A DNA stretch of 64,000 bases from NCBI GenBank assembly GCA_963701095.1, contig OY969564.1, positions 1,344,001 to 1,408,000 on the forward strand, written 5' to 3'. Source of the stretch: an uncultured Methanoregulaceae archaeon. Its GTDB lineage: Archaea > Halobacteriota > Methanomicrobia > Methanomicrobiales > Methanospirillaceae. Below are positions 40,919 through 52,068 of the stretch, piece by piece; the stretch's first letter is position 1; every line of letters starts with the position of its first letter. The notes under the pieces are model-generated. The model worked only from the letters and a program-made list of their open reading frames with translations, was not told where the DNA came from and made no database searches. The position numbers were made by a program, and so were the translations under genes.

Positions 40919-42450
40919 TTATAGTTCCGACAGGGAAGGTACCCGGTCAAGGAGCATACCTTCCACAATTACCGGCACGAGATGGCGCCCTTCTTCTACT
41001 GCTTTCTGGAGCCGCCATTGTCGTTCAGCATAAATCGTAAAGAGCGGTTCGCCAGCCTTGATAAGTTTTCCTTTCTTTGCATGAAGCAGGATCCCGGCCC
41101 CCCGATCATGAGGTGCTCCGGCAATACGCGCAAGCGATATCAGGGAAATGTTGTTCATTTCTATGACATATCCGGACACCGGGGAATTAACTACAAACTG
41201 GTGTTCGCCAGGCATAATATCATCTGACCTGACCTTGGGGTTTCCGCCCTGGATCTCAATAATCTGCCTGAATTTCTCGAGTGCCTTTCCTTTGGTGAGT
41301 ATATCCTGCGCCATCTGGGCGCCGGTCCCCGAGCCGCTTTACCGGACATCTCAAGCGCAATGCCGGCGAGAGAGACGCTTTTCTGGATAAATGAGTTAGG
41401 CTCTGTCGCACCTTCAAGCACCCGAAGAGCTTCTTTGACCTCAAGATTGGGGCCGATACTATAGCCGACCGGGACATCCCCATACGTGAGGGCACATTCG
41501 ACTTTCATACCGAGACGTTCGCCAAGCTCAATAAACTCGCGGGCAAGTTTCCTGCCATCCTGGATCGTCGCTACTTTGGTATGGTTGCCCACCGGGATGT
41601 CAATGACCACAAGGTTTGCCCCAACTGCAAATTTTTTTGCCATCACACTTGCAAGCATCTGGCCGCGGGCATCTATCTTGAACGGGTATTCCTGGAGGAT
41701 GATACGATCGTCCGCCGGGGCAATATTGGTGGCTCCACCCCAGACTATTGTCCCTCCAACACTTTCGGTCATCTCCTGAACTTCGTGCGCGGAGAACTCG
41801 ACATTGGCAAGTACTTCCATAAGATCGGCTGTCCCGGCCGCACCGGTAATGGCCCGGGAACTGGTTTTTGGGATTTTGAGACCGCTTGCGGCTATGATGG
41901 GGACCACAAGAAGTGAGATTTTGTTGCCCGGGACTCCTCCGATAGAATGTTTGTCCACTATGGGACGCGATGCAAATTTTATCTGGTCCCCGGTTTCGAC
42001 CATGGCCCGGGTGAGATGCTCTACTTCATCCATATCGAGAGGATTGATGTATGACGCAGTAATGAATGCAGTAAGTTCGGCGGCGGAGATATCATCGTTA
42101 ACAACGTCTTTTATAATTGTCAGGGTCTCGTCCTTTGAAAGACGCCCGCCATCCATCTTCTTTTTGATAAAATCGAGCGATGCAGGCCGATCAGCTTCCC
42201 GGATATCCGCCTCTTCACCCTGGACAAGGTTCAGCCGCTGGTTGGTACTCCGGTAAACGCCGGCACTTCCCTGCCCTTCCAGAGTGGAAGTAGTAGCCAC
42301 AACGGCAGTGACCGCGACCCCGTTTTTCGGGTTAATTACTTGGACCCGATCACCGTCCAGCACACCAATGCTTCGTGCATCGAGACGGTTGAGCAGTATT
42401 CCGCGTCGAGCCGCGATATCAAGGATTTTTACGGTAAGTTTCATAGACAA
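40919..42450 (-). CDS. AMP phosphorylase (thymidine phosphorylase family), 1-nt deletion near 41326 (probable sequencing error)
   Basis: [36 protein letters not shown]-terminus in ORF 40919-41314 ([15 protein letters not shown]). Confidence 0.93.
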
Positions 42451-42738
42451 ATCGCCACGCTTCTGAACAATCCTTTCCCGGGAAGAATGTCCTTTGTGTT
42501 AATGGAAGATAGGGCGGTTCATCATAAAAAATCTCATTTCGTGCAGGTTGCGCTGGTATTTGATGGCATCCCGGTACCTTTTAGCAATGATACCCGGTGC
42601 ATAAGACAGACTTCTGAAAGGAGTGAGAATAATTTTGGATATAAGGCGTATATCGCCGTAATAGAGTTTATGAATGTACTAATCAGGAAGAGATATCTGT
42701 TAGAAACAGACGAAAAAAAGAAAAATTTAGATTTTAGT

Positions 42739-45586
42739 TCAGTTCCTGCGCACGATAATGAACGCAACTGCACCGAGGCCAATTACTGCAACAAGTGCAC
42801 CAAACCCTGGGGTCTTGGTGGGTGTTGGAGTTGGGACCACTGTTGGTGGCTGGGTTGCGACCGTGGTCGGGACTGGGGTTGCAATTGTTGCAACAGTTGT
42901 CGGGGCTACCGTTGTGGGTGCGACCGACAGAACGTTGAACAGTGCAGTACCAGTTGCGCCTGGACCGGGGAGACCGACGGATTGTGCCGTCACGAGGTAC
43001 TCGTCAGGCTTGAATGTGGATGCATCGACATCGAATGAAACCGCATTCAGTCCGTTGGTACCCTGGGTCACCTGTACGGTGCCAGATGCGCCGCTGAACT
43101 CTCCGCTTGCGGACTTATCAGTCGGCTGGAATGATGATGAATAGATCGTAAAGAGGACATTGTCACCAACGGCGAGGTTGGTCGTTGCGGTGACGGTGAA
43201 CTTGTCACCGACAGCGTGGTCGCCAATCGGGTTGATGGTGATGACCGGGGTCTCTACGAGGAACTGGAGCTTGGTGTAGGTATCATCAACATTCGGGCTG
43301 TTGATGGCCTGAATCAGTGCTTCAGCTGCATTGGATCCCTGAAGTGCTCCGGGACCTGATATAGTGAAGTCCTGAGTTGGGAGGGTGATGCCGCCGTTGG
43401 AGGCATCCGCAGCGATAGTGTCGACGTATACTGAAGCGGAATTATTAGACGGCAGCGCAGCTGCATTGCCATTGGAATCTGCTGCATACACATCGAAGAT
43501 ACCGTTCTCCATCGGGTGCTGGACAACAACGAAGTACTGGCCGGTAGCCAAATTCGCGGTCGTTGCTCCCTCAACTTCATACGAGAAGGACGAATCGCTG
43601 TTTACGGATTGAGATCCTGAGTATGCATAGTTCTTACCCATGATCCAGATGTTGACACCCAGTGAGGGCTGGCCCTGAGCGGTACCGGTAATGTAGATCG
43701 GGTCACCATTTGCGACCGTGGACTGTGAGGCTGTTGCACTCACGAACGGTGCCTTAAGGATGATGGAACATGTTCCGTATGCTACATTTGCCAGACTTGC
43801 TGCATCTTCGGGCTGGCTGACTGCATAGACAGTGTAGGTACCTGCATCAATAGCGACGCCACTGGTTCCCCACTCCCATGACCAGGTGTTGTCACCGAGG
43901 ACATCAACTGCCTGGAAGGAGCTTGGAACGCCGTCTTGAACTTTAGAGCCTGACTGTGCCGGAGCTGTGGTGAAATCTGCACCATTCGCTGGCAGGTTGG
44001 GACCGGTTATGAACAGGTAAACAGTCTGGGATTCGGTGTCGGTACCGGAGAACTGTACCTCTTCGCCAAGGTAGTAGCTCTGCGAGCCGGCGGCTACGAT
44101 AGTGACTGCACCCTTCTGGACCTGAACCTGAACTTCATCGTACTTGTAATTGTGGGCCAGAGGGACCACGTTAGTACCTGGGAAGTCCTGCTCTACACGG
44201 ATGGTGTACTGCTGGGCATCGGTCCAGTTGGTCGTCGACCACTGAACGGTCCTCGTACCAGTCTGGTCGAGGGTTACGTTTGCATATTCATAAGTACCGT
44301 TGCCGAGAGCTGATGAAATGGGGGCCGGATTTTGTAAGAAGTCAGAACCGTGTCCAACACTGTTCCAGACATACACATTATTCTGGGCCAGGTAGCCACC
44401 ATTGTCTAATATCGGGTTATAGTTACCAACACCGCCATTTGTGACGTTCCAGGTAGAGCTGAATATGGGGTTTACTCCGCCGTCACTAGTTGATACGCCA
44501 TAGATACCTGTAGTGTACGGGGAATCCATAACGACACCAGCCTGGTTTGCTGTGATGAATGGCGGCTGGTTGTTGTAGGTACCGGGCATTGTGTTGGTTC
44601 CCTTTACCCACAGGTGGTAGGTCGCATACGGCTTGCCCGTGATCGTGACCGAGAATGGTTTGCTCCGGACGACAGAGTTCACGTTGGCCGAGATAGAAAC
44701 CGTGTTGGACGCGAGCGTTACCGTTGCGGGCTGGCTGACGGTTGCACCGGTATAGGTTGCTCCACCGTTAAGGTAGTTGTCGTACATACCGTTAAGCCGG
44801 GACTGTGCGACGACCGTGTAAACACCAGCGGGATAGGCAAGCTGGCCGGTTGAATCAACTGCGGCGGTGTTCCACTGTTCCACGATGGTAGTAGCGGACG
44901 GAACTGCGCCACCAAGAGTACCCCAGAACCACAGGGGTGCGGTTACATTCTGCTTTGTAATGGGGAATGCAACAAGACCGTTGCCGTAGAACATTGCCGT
45001 GTAGGTGTTGCCGGTAGAACTGTGAACCTTGATATCAATGTTACCTACAGCCGGTGCATTGATTGTGTCCTGCGCACGTGTGGTCGGGTCAAGTGCAGTC
45101 TGAAGGTTCGTGTTGATCCGGAAGGTAAGGTTGTCACCCTGGATAACACTGCCACCAGTTGCTACGGTGTTAGTGGTGCTGTCAAAGACATCAACTGCAA
45201 TAGACGGAACTTGTGCATTGAAAACTGCACCTTTGTTGTCCCATTTTCCACCAGCTACACCATACCAGTTGCCCGGGTAGTTTCCAAAGGCTGCAGGCGA
45301 GACATACACTGAATTCAGGTTAAGCTGAGTCAGATTGTATGTCTGCGATGGTGATGTAGTAGCTGAGGGGTGCTGCTGATCCCCACCAGCCGATTGAGTC
45401 ATCGCCGGCAAGGGCTGCGAGCATCGCAGGTTGTGAAAAATTCAGTTGCTGTTCTCCAATATACACTGTTGCGCCCGGCGCTATGATCGTGTTGTTGATA
45501 TCGTAGTACGTTGCCGATACTGGCAGTACTGCGACAAGAACCAACGCGACGAGAGCAATAAGTGCAATCGTTAATCGCTTAGTCAT
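42739..45586 (-). CDS. Major S-layer glycoprotein with PGF-CTERM anchor, 1-nt insertion near 45360 (probable sequencing error)
   Basis: Signal peptide, GATVYIGEQQLN, IGWW, VVQHPM, VDDTY, Thr/Pro-rich linker, KTPGFGALVA...VRRN; GGAGG RBS. Confidence 0.9.
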
Positions 45587-45730
45587 TCGTTTTCCTCCAA
45601 AGATTACATCATACATTTCAAGCCGTAGAACCGTTTCGACATTTGCCGAATAACGATTCTACGAGCCCCATACTCCGATTAAACGGAATATGGAGGAATA
45701 TTTGTAAAAGACTTAATATATCCTTTGTGG
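45587..45730 (-). promoter_or_regulatory. S-layer promoter and structured 5' UTR
   Basis: Minus strand CAAAGGA-TATATTAAG near 45712-45727; hairpins 45624-45663 and 45668-45693 with G-U pairs on the minus strand. Confidence 0.65.
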
Positions 45731-46108
45731 TTGATTTTTTTCCCTGTTCCGGGGCAGGATTTCCCCTTTTTTTCAATTTCGCTTAATTTTATGAGTTTTT
45801 ATGATACTTATTGAGCGTATGAAATTGCCGGATCATGGCATCATGTTTCTTTATAGACTTAGTCAGATTCGCGCAGATATTGGTACAACTAATACACAGT
45901 CTGTGTGTTATATGTAGATCATTATACCAAATAAACAAACAGTCTCTGCAAAAACAACGAAAGGGACAAACTCGTAATGAACCATGGTCCCTTTGCCGGA
46001 AAAGATAGATATTCCTTGTTCCTGAATGACCGAAGTAACCTTGTATCGATCTGTCACTTGGGCAGCGTATTGCAACACATATATTATTACGACACCAACC
46101 CATCTCCC

Positions 46109-46834
46109 ATGAGAGTCATCCGGGCCCCTTCGATCGGGCTTGCGCACGAACTGGTCGTGAAGATGATCCTAGAGAAAGGACATGTTCTCCAGACAGAAGA
46201 CGAAGAAGCCACAATAGAATTTGAAGAGGTGGCCCTGCAGGTCGATACACCACTTGCCGGGCCCATGGTAAGCCCCCATTCCCGGTTCCAGCAGAAGTTT
46301 GTCGATCAGTACGCGACAGATCTCCTTCACGGTTCAAAAGCTTCTTTCGAATATGATTACCATGGCAGGCTCTTTAACTGGGGCGAACGGCTTTCGGTAG
46401 ACGGGACACCGGTTCATGTTGACCAAATAGAATACATAGTACGCAAACTCCAGCAGTCTCCGGTGAGCCGGCGGGCCATAGCCATCACCTGGAACCCGGT
46501 GATCGATGAGCAACTCGATGACTGCCCCTGCCTCCAGCTCGTGCAATGTGTACTCCGCGACGGGAAATTGGCAATGCGGGTGATCTTCAGGAGTAATGAC
46601 ATGCTTACGGCGGCCGGGGCAAACATGTATGCATTGGTCCAGCTCCAGAAATCCATCGCGGACCGGCTTGGCGTGTCATGTGGTACCTATACTCATATTT
46701 CACTGGTCCCCCATATTTACTATATCAGGGACATGCACGACATCGAACCGTTCTGCGGAAAAGGAAAATACATCCATCCTGTGCTGGAGGTCTGCACGGT
46801 CTGTAGACGCTGTGACCGGTCAGGAAAGGCCTGA
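46109..46834 (+). CDS. thyA: Thymidylate synthase (archaeal ThyA type)
   Basis: YDYHGRL, SRRAIAITW, catalytic PC, FRSND, AN, PHIY. Confidence 0.9.
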   Translation: MRVIRAPSIGLAHELVVKMILEKGHVLQTEDEEATIEFEEVALQVDTPLAGPMVSPHSRFQQKFVDQYATDLLHGSKASFEYDYHGRLFNWGERLSVDGTPVHVDQIEYIVRKLQQSPVSRRAIAITWNPVIDEQLDDCPCLQLVQCVLRDGKLAMRVIFRSNDMLTAAGANMYALVQLQKSIADRLGVSCGTYTHISLVPHIYYIRDMHDIEPFCGKGKYIHPVLEVCTVCRRCDRSGKA

Positions 46835-46905
46835 TACCATTAGTCCGCAGGCAAAAATGCCGTCACTTTAATTAGGCTCCAGCGGCAAAAAGAATGAGGC
46901 AACAT

Positions 46906-46978
<73 letters not shown>

Positions 46979-47124
46979 CTCTTTTCGTGGATCTTTCCTT
47001 GTATTGCAGGAATTTTGATTGAGTTTCAAAGTGTCCCGGTTGCTAATTTTAGGGGAAACCGGGTCTCATAAAGCGTGATTCAAAAAAAGTGCCAGCCTTC
47101 TTTAGAGAAACCAGAAACCCCTTC

Positions 47125-47850
47125 CTATGCAATGAGTGCAGACAAAAGACATCCGATAAAAACGGCGCCAAATGTACCCGCACCGCCGATACTGATCTTC
47201 GCTACTTCGAGATCGCCTGCACGGTAAAAATGCGCAATATTGGCGCCAAGAAGGGTGCCGACAGTCCCACTTACAAACGCGATAACACCGGCAGAAAGCC
47301 CCGGACTACCGGCAAGGAGAATACCGCAGAGGAGCGCGGTTAGACCAGGAACAAAAAGCGATGCCCGTAATCCCACGCCAACCATAGGCCGGGTCGTTAC
47401 ATAGGATATCAAAGCAACAATCAGGATGCCGGCAAGTACTTTGAGGTAAAGCATATTTCCGTTCGCAACCAGCGATGCACGATCCAAAAGATAGAGAGAA
47501 AGGGCGAGAGGAATAATCGCTCCTCCCAGATTGACGGCTATGGTTGTTTCCCAGAGACCCCCGTCCTGAGCCGGTGTAAATGCGTCGGGAAACCGGCCAT
47601 CCTCACTGTGCGGCATCCGTATGGTCGTTCGCTTGATCTTCCAGACCGGGATGTCCACAAAACTGCATAACAGGATCAGGATTACAAGGGCAGTTGCCGA
47701 AAGCCACGAAAGACCGACAAGGCTGGTAATCGCTTTTCCGGCAAGGCCAAGAAACAACAGGGGGATAACGATTATGATAAGACCGATGACGGCAATAAGC
47801 GCGACGAGTGTCAGGGGTCCTGCTGAATAAACACGGAAATTATCTTGCAT
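47125..47850 (-). CDS. DUF1614-family membrane protein
   Basis: IAVNLGGAIIP, GT.GTLLGA, SIGGAGTF. Confidence 0.85.
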   Translation of the reverse strand: MQDNFRVYSAGPLTLVALIAVIGLIIIVIPLLFLGLAGKAITSLVGLSWLSATALVILILLCSFVDIPVWKIKRTTIRMPHSEDGRFPDAFTPAQDGGLWETTIAVNLGGAIIPLALSLYLLDRASLVANGNMLYLKVLAGILIVALISYVTTRPMVGVGLRASLFVPGLTALLCGILLAGSPGLSAGVIAFVSGTVGTLLGANIAHFYRAGDLEVAKISIGGAGTFGAVFIGCLLSALIA

Positions 47851-47859
47851 AGTGATGTC

Positions 47860-48471
47860 CTAAACCGGGTGCTTGATAGTACATAAGATTGCAGCGTGAT
47901 CCTGGTGATATGGTGCAAGCCACGTGCTCTCACATATTGTGATACCTGAAGACATGAGGATATCGAGTGTGTCCTGGAAAACCTGTTCGGGTTTTTTTCG
48001 TATATCTACGCTCCGGGTCTTGAGCATGAGAATAAGATGGCCACCTGTTTTGAGAAATATACTATTCCGGATGACTATGGCGGCTTGATCAGGCTGGGCA
48101 ACATCCTGGTAAAGAAGATCCACCGTTTCCACAAGGGGTGCATAGTGTTCCGGACTGGACGCATCTGCAAGGATCGGCATGATGTTTTTTCGCCGGCGCG
48201 CCACTTCAAGCAGATCCTGCATCGGGCGCGGGGCGAATTCAACGGCATAGACTACCTCTACATAATCGGCTACATGGGACACCGTTGTCCCGTTTGCCGC
48301 CCCCAGGTAGAGCACTTTCATATCCGGCGTAAGTTCAGGGCCGGTTCCCACAAGATACAGTGCGGCAAGTTTGCTCCGGTACGGGTCCCAGACCCGGTAA
48401 CCATCCAGCATTCGCTCGCCATAGACTCCACCTTCACCTTTTGAAACCAGCACTTCACCGATATGGATCAT
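47860..48471 (-). CDS. flpA: Fibrillarin-like 2'-O-methyltransferase
   Basis: YRVWDPYRSKLAA, VLYLGAANGTTVSHV, YQDVAQPDQ. Confidence 0.96.
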   Translation of the reverse strand: MIHIGEVLVSKGEGGVYGERMLDGYRVWDPYRSKLAALYLVGTGPELTPDMKVLYLGAANGTTVSHVADYVEVVYAVEFAPRPMQDLLEVARRRKNIMPILADASSPEHYAPLVETVDLLYQDVAQPDQAAIVIRNSIFLKTGGHLILMLKTRSVDIRKKPEQVFQDTLDILMSSGITICESTWLAPYHQDHAAILCTIKHPV

Positions 48472-49343
48472 CTCATATTATCTCCATGGATTGTTCCTGC
48501 CAGATCAATGCGAGCCTGAGCTTCTTCGATGAATTCCGGGACTGCATAGCCACGGTAAAAATCCAGTCTCGCGGCAATTGCCAGTTTCCCGGCGAGGACC
48601 CGGGCGACTTTTCCTCTCACTTCGCGCGGAGCGTTATGCACTCTCCGGTGCTGGAAAATGATCCCGTATTTAGGTGCTGGCGCCCGGTTCCTGATATGCA
48701 TAAAAAGTGCAATTCTGGCCCCGATAACCTGTATTGTACTTGCAGGCAGCCGTGAAAGTGCCTTTAAACCTCCTGCATGGGAGAGGAGCCGGGCAGCAAC
48801 GAGTCCTCCGATGAGCGCACTTGTATTTGGCATTACTTCACATGCCCGGGCCGATACCTCTTTTGCAAGTGCTGTCCGGGTGTCAGAAAGGCCGGTGATC
48901 CCGGTGGCAACTTTCCCGAGTGCCCCGCCCCCGCCCCGTTCGCTTACCGATTTAACCAGCATATGAGCCGGCGTTCTCCGGTATTTACGGGAGAACGAGG
49001 GATGCCGGATCTGGTACCAGTCTGCCACCCGTTCCGAGAGAACGTTGATAACTGTGTCCATCTCATCAAGCGTCCTGACCATCTGGAGCAGTTCTACATC
49101 TTTTGCCGCATATTGTTCCCGGACGGCCTGCTCCGATCCCGCGATACAGACTTTCTGGAGCAGCGACAAATATTCCGCCCGGTCGCGGCATATCCCACAG
49201 GCAGCAGCGATCTTCCAGTCCGGCGGTACAAATACGTCCATGTTCGTCCGGATCACACGGACACGTCTGGAGTACGCGGCTGCATCACCGGAAAAAGGAA
49301 TACATTTTCCGTCGTCTACATCGCCGAACCAGTAGGACTTCAT
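48468..49343 (-). CDS. nop5: Nop5/Nop56 C/D-box RNP protein
   Basis: ERVADWY, PASTIQVIGA, PKYGIIF, RGKVARVLAGKLAIAARLD; next to fibrillarin. Confidence 0.93.
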   Translation of the reverse strand: MKSYWFGDVDDGKCIPFSGDAAAYSRRVRVIRTNMDVFVPPDWKIAAACGICRDRAEYLSLLQKVCIAGSEQAVREQYAAKDVELLQMVRTLDEMDTVINVLSERVADWYQIRHPSFSRKYRRTPAHMLVKSVSERGGGGALGKVATGITGLSDTRTALAKEVSARACEVMPNTSALIGGLVAARLLSHAGGLKALSRLPASTIQVIGARIALFMHIRNRAPAPKYGIIFQHRRVHNAPREVRGKVARVLAGKLAIAARLDFYRGYAVPEFIEEAQARIDLAGTIHGDNMR

Positions 49344-49517
49344 ACTACAGACTAAGGAACGTCAGGCTAAAAAAAAGAATTGCTCGTGATTTCCTGAAGA
49401 TAACCCGTACAATTATACAGGATGGAACGCGAGCCATATCTCGATGAAGGACAGGAGAATGATCATTAATCAGCCAAAATGCATATCCTATTATCGTTCA
49501 GGGATGAAGAATCCATA

Positions 49518-50210
49518 ATGAAGATCGCAGTGACGCGTCTCGCGGGAAAAGAGAAGCGGGATAAAGCCCGGTGCGCAGCGTTCGGCCACGCATGTTACAG
49601 CGTCCACCCATTGCGCTCGGATATCAATAATGAGGTCATGACTGCGTTTACTGAGGCGGTCATGCGCGGGGAATTCGACTGCCTTTTTTTTACAAGTGCG
49701 CTCCCGGCAAAAATTCTCGGGCCCCTCCTCAAAAAAACGCCCCGTGTTATCGCGATCGGTCCTGAAACGGCACGGGAGCTCGATCAGTGCGGGATAACCT
49801 GCGAGACCCTGCCGGGATTCTATTCCCGCGACTTTGTCCCGTACCTGGGAGATTGGATCAAGGGAAAGACGATTGGTCTTCCCCGCGCCGATGTCTCCAA
49901 TCCCACGCTCATTGATGCAATTTCGCACGCAGGGGGGACCGCCCGGGAATTTCGTTGTTACCAGCTTGTTCCAACGACAGAACCCCTTGACCTTTGTGCG
50001 GCTGAGGCTATTCTTTTTACAAGCGCGATGTCATTTACAAAGGCGATCTGGACTCCGCGTCCGGATCTCCTGGTTATGGCAATAGGGGAGATCACCGCAG
50101 AAGCCATGATGCGGGAGGGAACGTTTCCCGTGATTGTTGGGGATGGTTCTCTTGAAGGAACAATGGCGGCGCTTAACGAATACCGGGGAAGGATGAGGAT
50201 AGTTCGATGA
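49518..50210 (+). CDS. hemD: Uroporphyrinogen-III synthase
   Basis: IAVTR, FFTSA, AIGPETA, PRA, LFTSA, AIGEITA. Confidence 0.88.
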   Translation: MKIAVTRLAGKEKRDKARCAAFGHACYSVHPLRSDINNEVMTAFTEAVMRGEFDCLFFTSALPAKILGPLLKKTPRVIAIGPETARELDQCGITCETLPGFYSRDFVPYLGDWIKGKTIGLPRADVSNPTLIDAISHAGGTAREFRCYQLVPTTEPLDLCAAEAILFTSAMSFTKAIWTPRPDLLVMAIGEITAEAMMREGTFPVIVGDGSLEGTMAALNEYRGRMRIVR

Positions 50211-51169
50211 TATCTGCGCAGGAAGGCCAGGATGGGGGGAAAAAGCCTGCCGAATCGCTCCGGCATGGCGCGGGTATTATCGTAATCGATAAACCCCGGG
50301 GGCCCTCAAGTCACCAGGTTGCCGCATGGGTAGGAAAAATGCTTGGATGCCAGATCGGCCATGCAGGGACGCTTGACCCGCAGGTCTCAGGCATTCTCCT
50401 TATCATGCTCGGAAATGCTGTACGCCTTGCCCCTCTTCTCTTAAAACACGACAAAGAGTACGTATGCCTGATGCGTTTACACCACGAAGTAGACCGGAAG
50501 CAAATTGATGTGGTAGCGGCTGAATTTACCGGCCGGATCTACCAGCGCCCGCCCCGGAGAAGCGCAGTAAAACGCCTGCTGCGCATACGTACCATCCAGA
50601 AGATGGATATTCTTGGTGTCGAGGGAAAACTGGTGCTCTTGAGAGTACGCTGCGATGCTGGCACGTACATTCGTTCCCTTTGCCACCATATGGGACTTGC
50701 ACTCGGAACCGGTGCGCACATGCAGGAACTCCGGCGGACACGATCCGGGTCTTTTGATGAGGGGTCTATGCATTCGCTTCAGGATCTGCAGGATGCCTGC
50801 ACCGCTGCAGCTGCAGGGAACCGCGAAGCACTGGATGCAATGATCGTTTCCGTCGATGCGGCAGTCCCGGATCTCCCTTCCGTAACGGTCAGGGATACTG
50901 CGATCGACGCACTCTGTCACGGCGCGAAACTGGCCGGGGTTGGTGTAATCAGGTGCGATGAATTCAGGAAAGATCAGATCGTCGCAGTTCTCTCCCAAAA
51001 ACGGGAATTTGTCGGTCTTGGAAAAGCACTCGCTCCTTCAGCGTCCTGGAGTCCCGGAAAAGCCGGCCTGTTTATTACCATGACTACGGTATTCCTTACT
51101 CCGGGCACATACCCTAAGGGATGGAAGAAGGGATGCACGCCAAAAAACCGGAAAATACGTGCCCGGTAA
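50207..51169 (+). CDS. cbf5: Cbf5/TruB pseudouridine synthase
   Basis: IDKPRGPSSHQV, GHAGTLDP, QRPP..SAVKR, GTYIR, PUA domain. Confidence 0.95.
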   Translation: MISAQEGQDGGKKPAESLRHGAGIIVIDKPRGPSSHQVAAWVGKMLGCQIGHAGTLDPQVSGILLIMLGNAVRLAPLLLKHDKEYVCLMRLHHEVDRKQIDVVAAEFTGRIYQRPPRRSAVKRLLRIRTIQKMDILGVEGKLVLLRVRCDAGTYIRSLCHHMGLALGTGAHMQELRRTRSGSFDEGSMHSLQDLQDACTAAAAGNREALDAMIVSVDAAVPDLPSVTVRDTAIDALCHGAKLAGVGVIRCDEFRKDQIVAVLSQKREFVGLGKALAPSASWSPGKAGLFITMTTVFLTPGTYPKGWKKGCTPKNRKIRAR

Positions 51170-51218
51170 AAGGATAGCATTAAAAAAATGCCCGGCAAAT
51201 ACATGAGATACGCTTTTT

Positions 51219-51302
51219 GCTGAGGTAGTCTAGCGGTAAGGCGCAGGCCTGGAAAGCCTGTGGTGCGAAAGTGCCTCGGGGGTTCAATTCCCCCCCTCAG
51301 CG
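51219..51302 (+). tRNA. tRNA-Ser(GGA)
   Basis: Acceptor GCTGAGG/CCTCAGC, anticodon arm CAGGC-CTGGAAA-GCCTG, long variable arm. Confidence 0.95.
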
Positions 51303-51354
51303 TTCTCGTCTTTTTAAAGGCTGTTGGAACCGGCAGCAGCCTCGGAGCATTATT

Positions 51355-52068
51355 TTAAAGGTCTCGAAGGCTTTCCCGGGCAAAAGTGACATATTCCGGC
51401 ACGATTTCAAAGCCGAGGAAATGCCGGCCTTCTTCCTGTGCAACAACAGCAACAGTGCCCGATCCAAGGAAGGGATCAAAGACGAGATCGCCCGTATCGC
51501 TTGAATAACGGATAATCTTCTGCACGAGTGCCTGGGGAAGTTTTGTAGGCGTCTTTTTCTTTCCTTTCCAGTACTCCCGGTTTATTACCCAGACGTCCTC
51601 TGGATAATGGTCGAGTTTGTTAAATGTGTAGTTTTTGGGATCTTTTACAACGTAGAGAATATGATAATGGCTGGTAACATACCGTTTTTTGGTAAAAACC
51701 CCGAACTGGTATTTCCAGATCAGGTGGTTTACTGTCGTAAGCCCGGCTGCATCGATACCTTCAAGAATATCACGGAGCCTGTTCCAACCGGAAAAAATAT
51801 ACATGCTCCCGTTAGCGGAAAGTACCCGGGCTGCCTGATCAATCCAGTGTTTCGAAAACTCAGTGTATTCTTCCGCCGGGATTTCACGATATCCTTCGAT
51901 GACATTGCTGCCGGTCCGGTTGTAATTGAGCCGTTGTGCTTTAAAATCAATAGCAAAAGGGGGATCGGTTACGATAAGATCAATGGAATTGTCCGGGATT
52001 TTTTCTATAAGTGCCAGCGCGTCTCCTTCGTAGAGGGTATCCGGCTCGAATGCACCCAGGGATCCCAT
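51355..52068 (-). CDS. Orphan beta-class amino (N4-C/N6-A) DNA methyltransferase
   Basis: DLIVTDPPF (motif IV) precedes DPFLGSGT (motif I); no restriction enzyme nearby; TGATG overlap with iorB. Confidence 0.92.
   Translation of the reverse strand: MGSLGAFEPDTLYEGDALALIEKIPDNSIDLIVTDPPFAIDFKAQRLNYNRTGSNVIEGYREIPAEEYTEFSKHWIDQAARVLSANGSMYIFSGWNRLRDILEGIDAAGLTTVNHLIWKYQFGVFTKKRYVTSHYHILYVVKDPKNYTFNKLDHYPEDVWVINREYWKGKKKTPTKLPQALVQKIIRYSSDTGDLVFDPFLGSGTVAVVAQEEGRHFLGFEIVPEYVTFARESLRDL

Noticed and set aside
45355..45372. Phase variation of the S-layer gene
   Set aside because: The run is only four bases and sits beside AGCT like other presumed errors
90..45586. Pseudogenisation or programmed frameshifting of mcrG, mtrD, rpl18, rpl14, rpl2, mtd and others
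   Set aside because: Mostly essential genes with one indel each, intact flanks and no shared slippery heptamer; sequencing error explains them better
45789..46108. Short ORFs and an N-terminal extension of thyA
   Set aside because: AT-rich divergent promoter region with no protein-like motifs; a TATA-like element precedes the ATG at 46109
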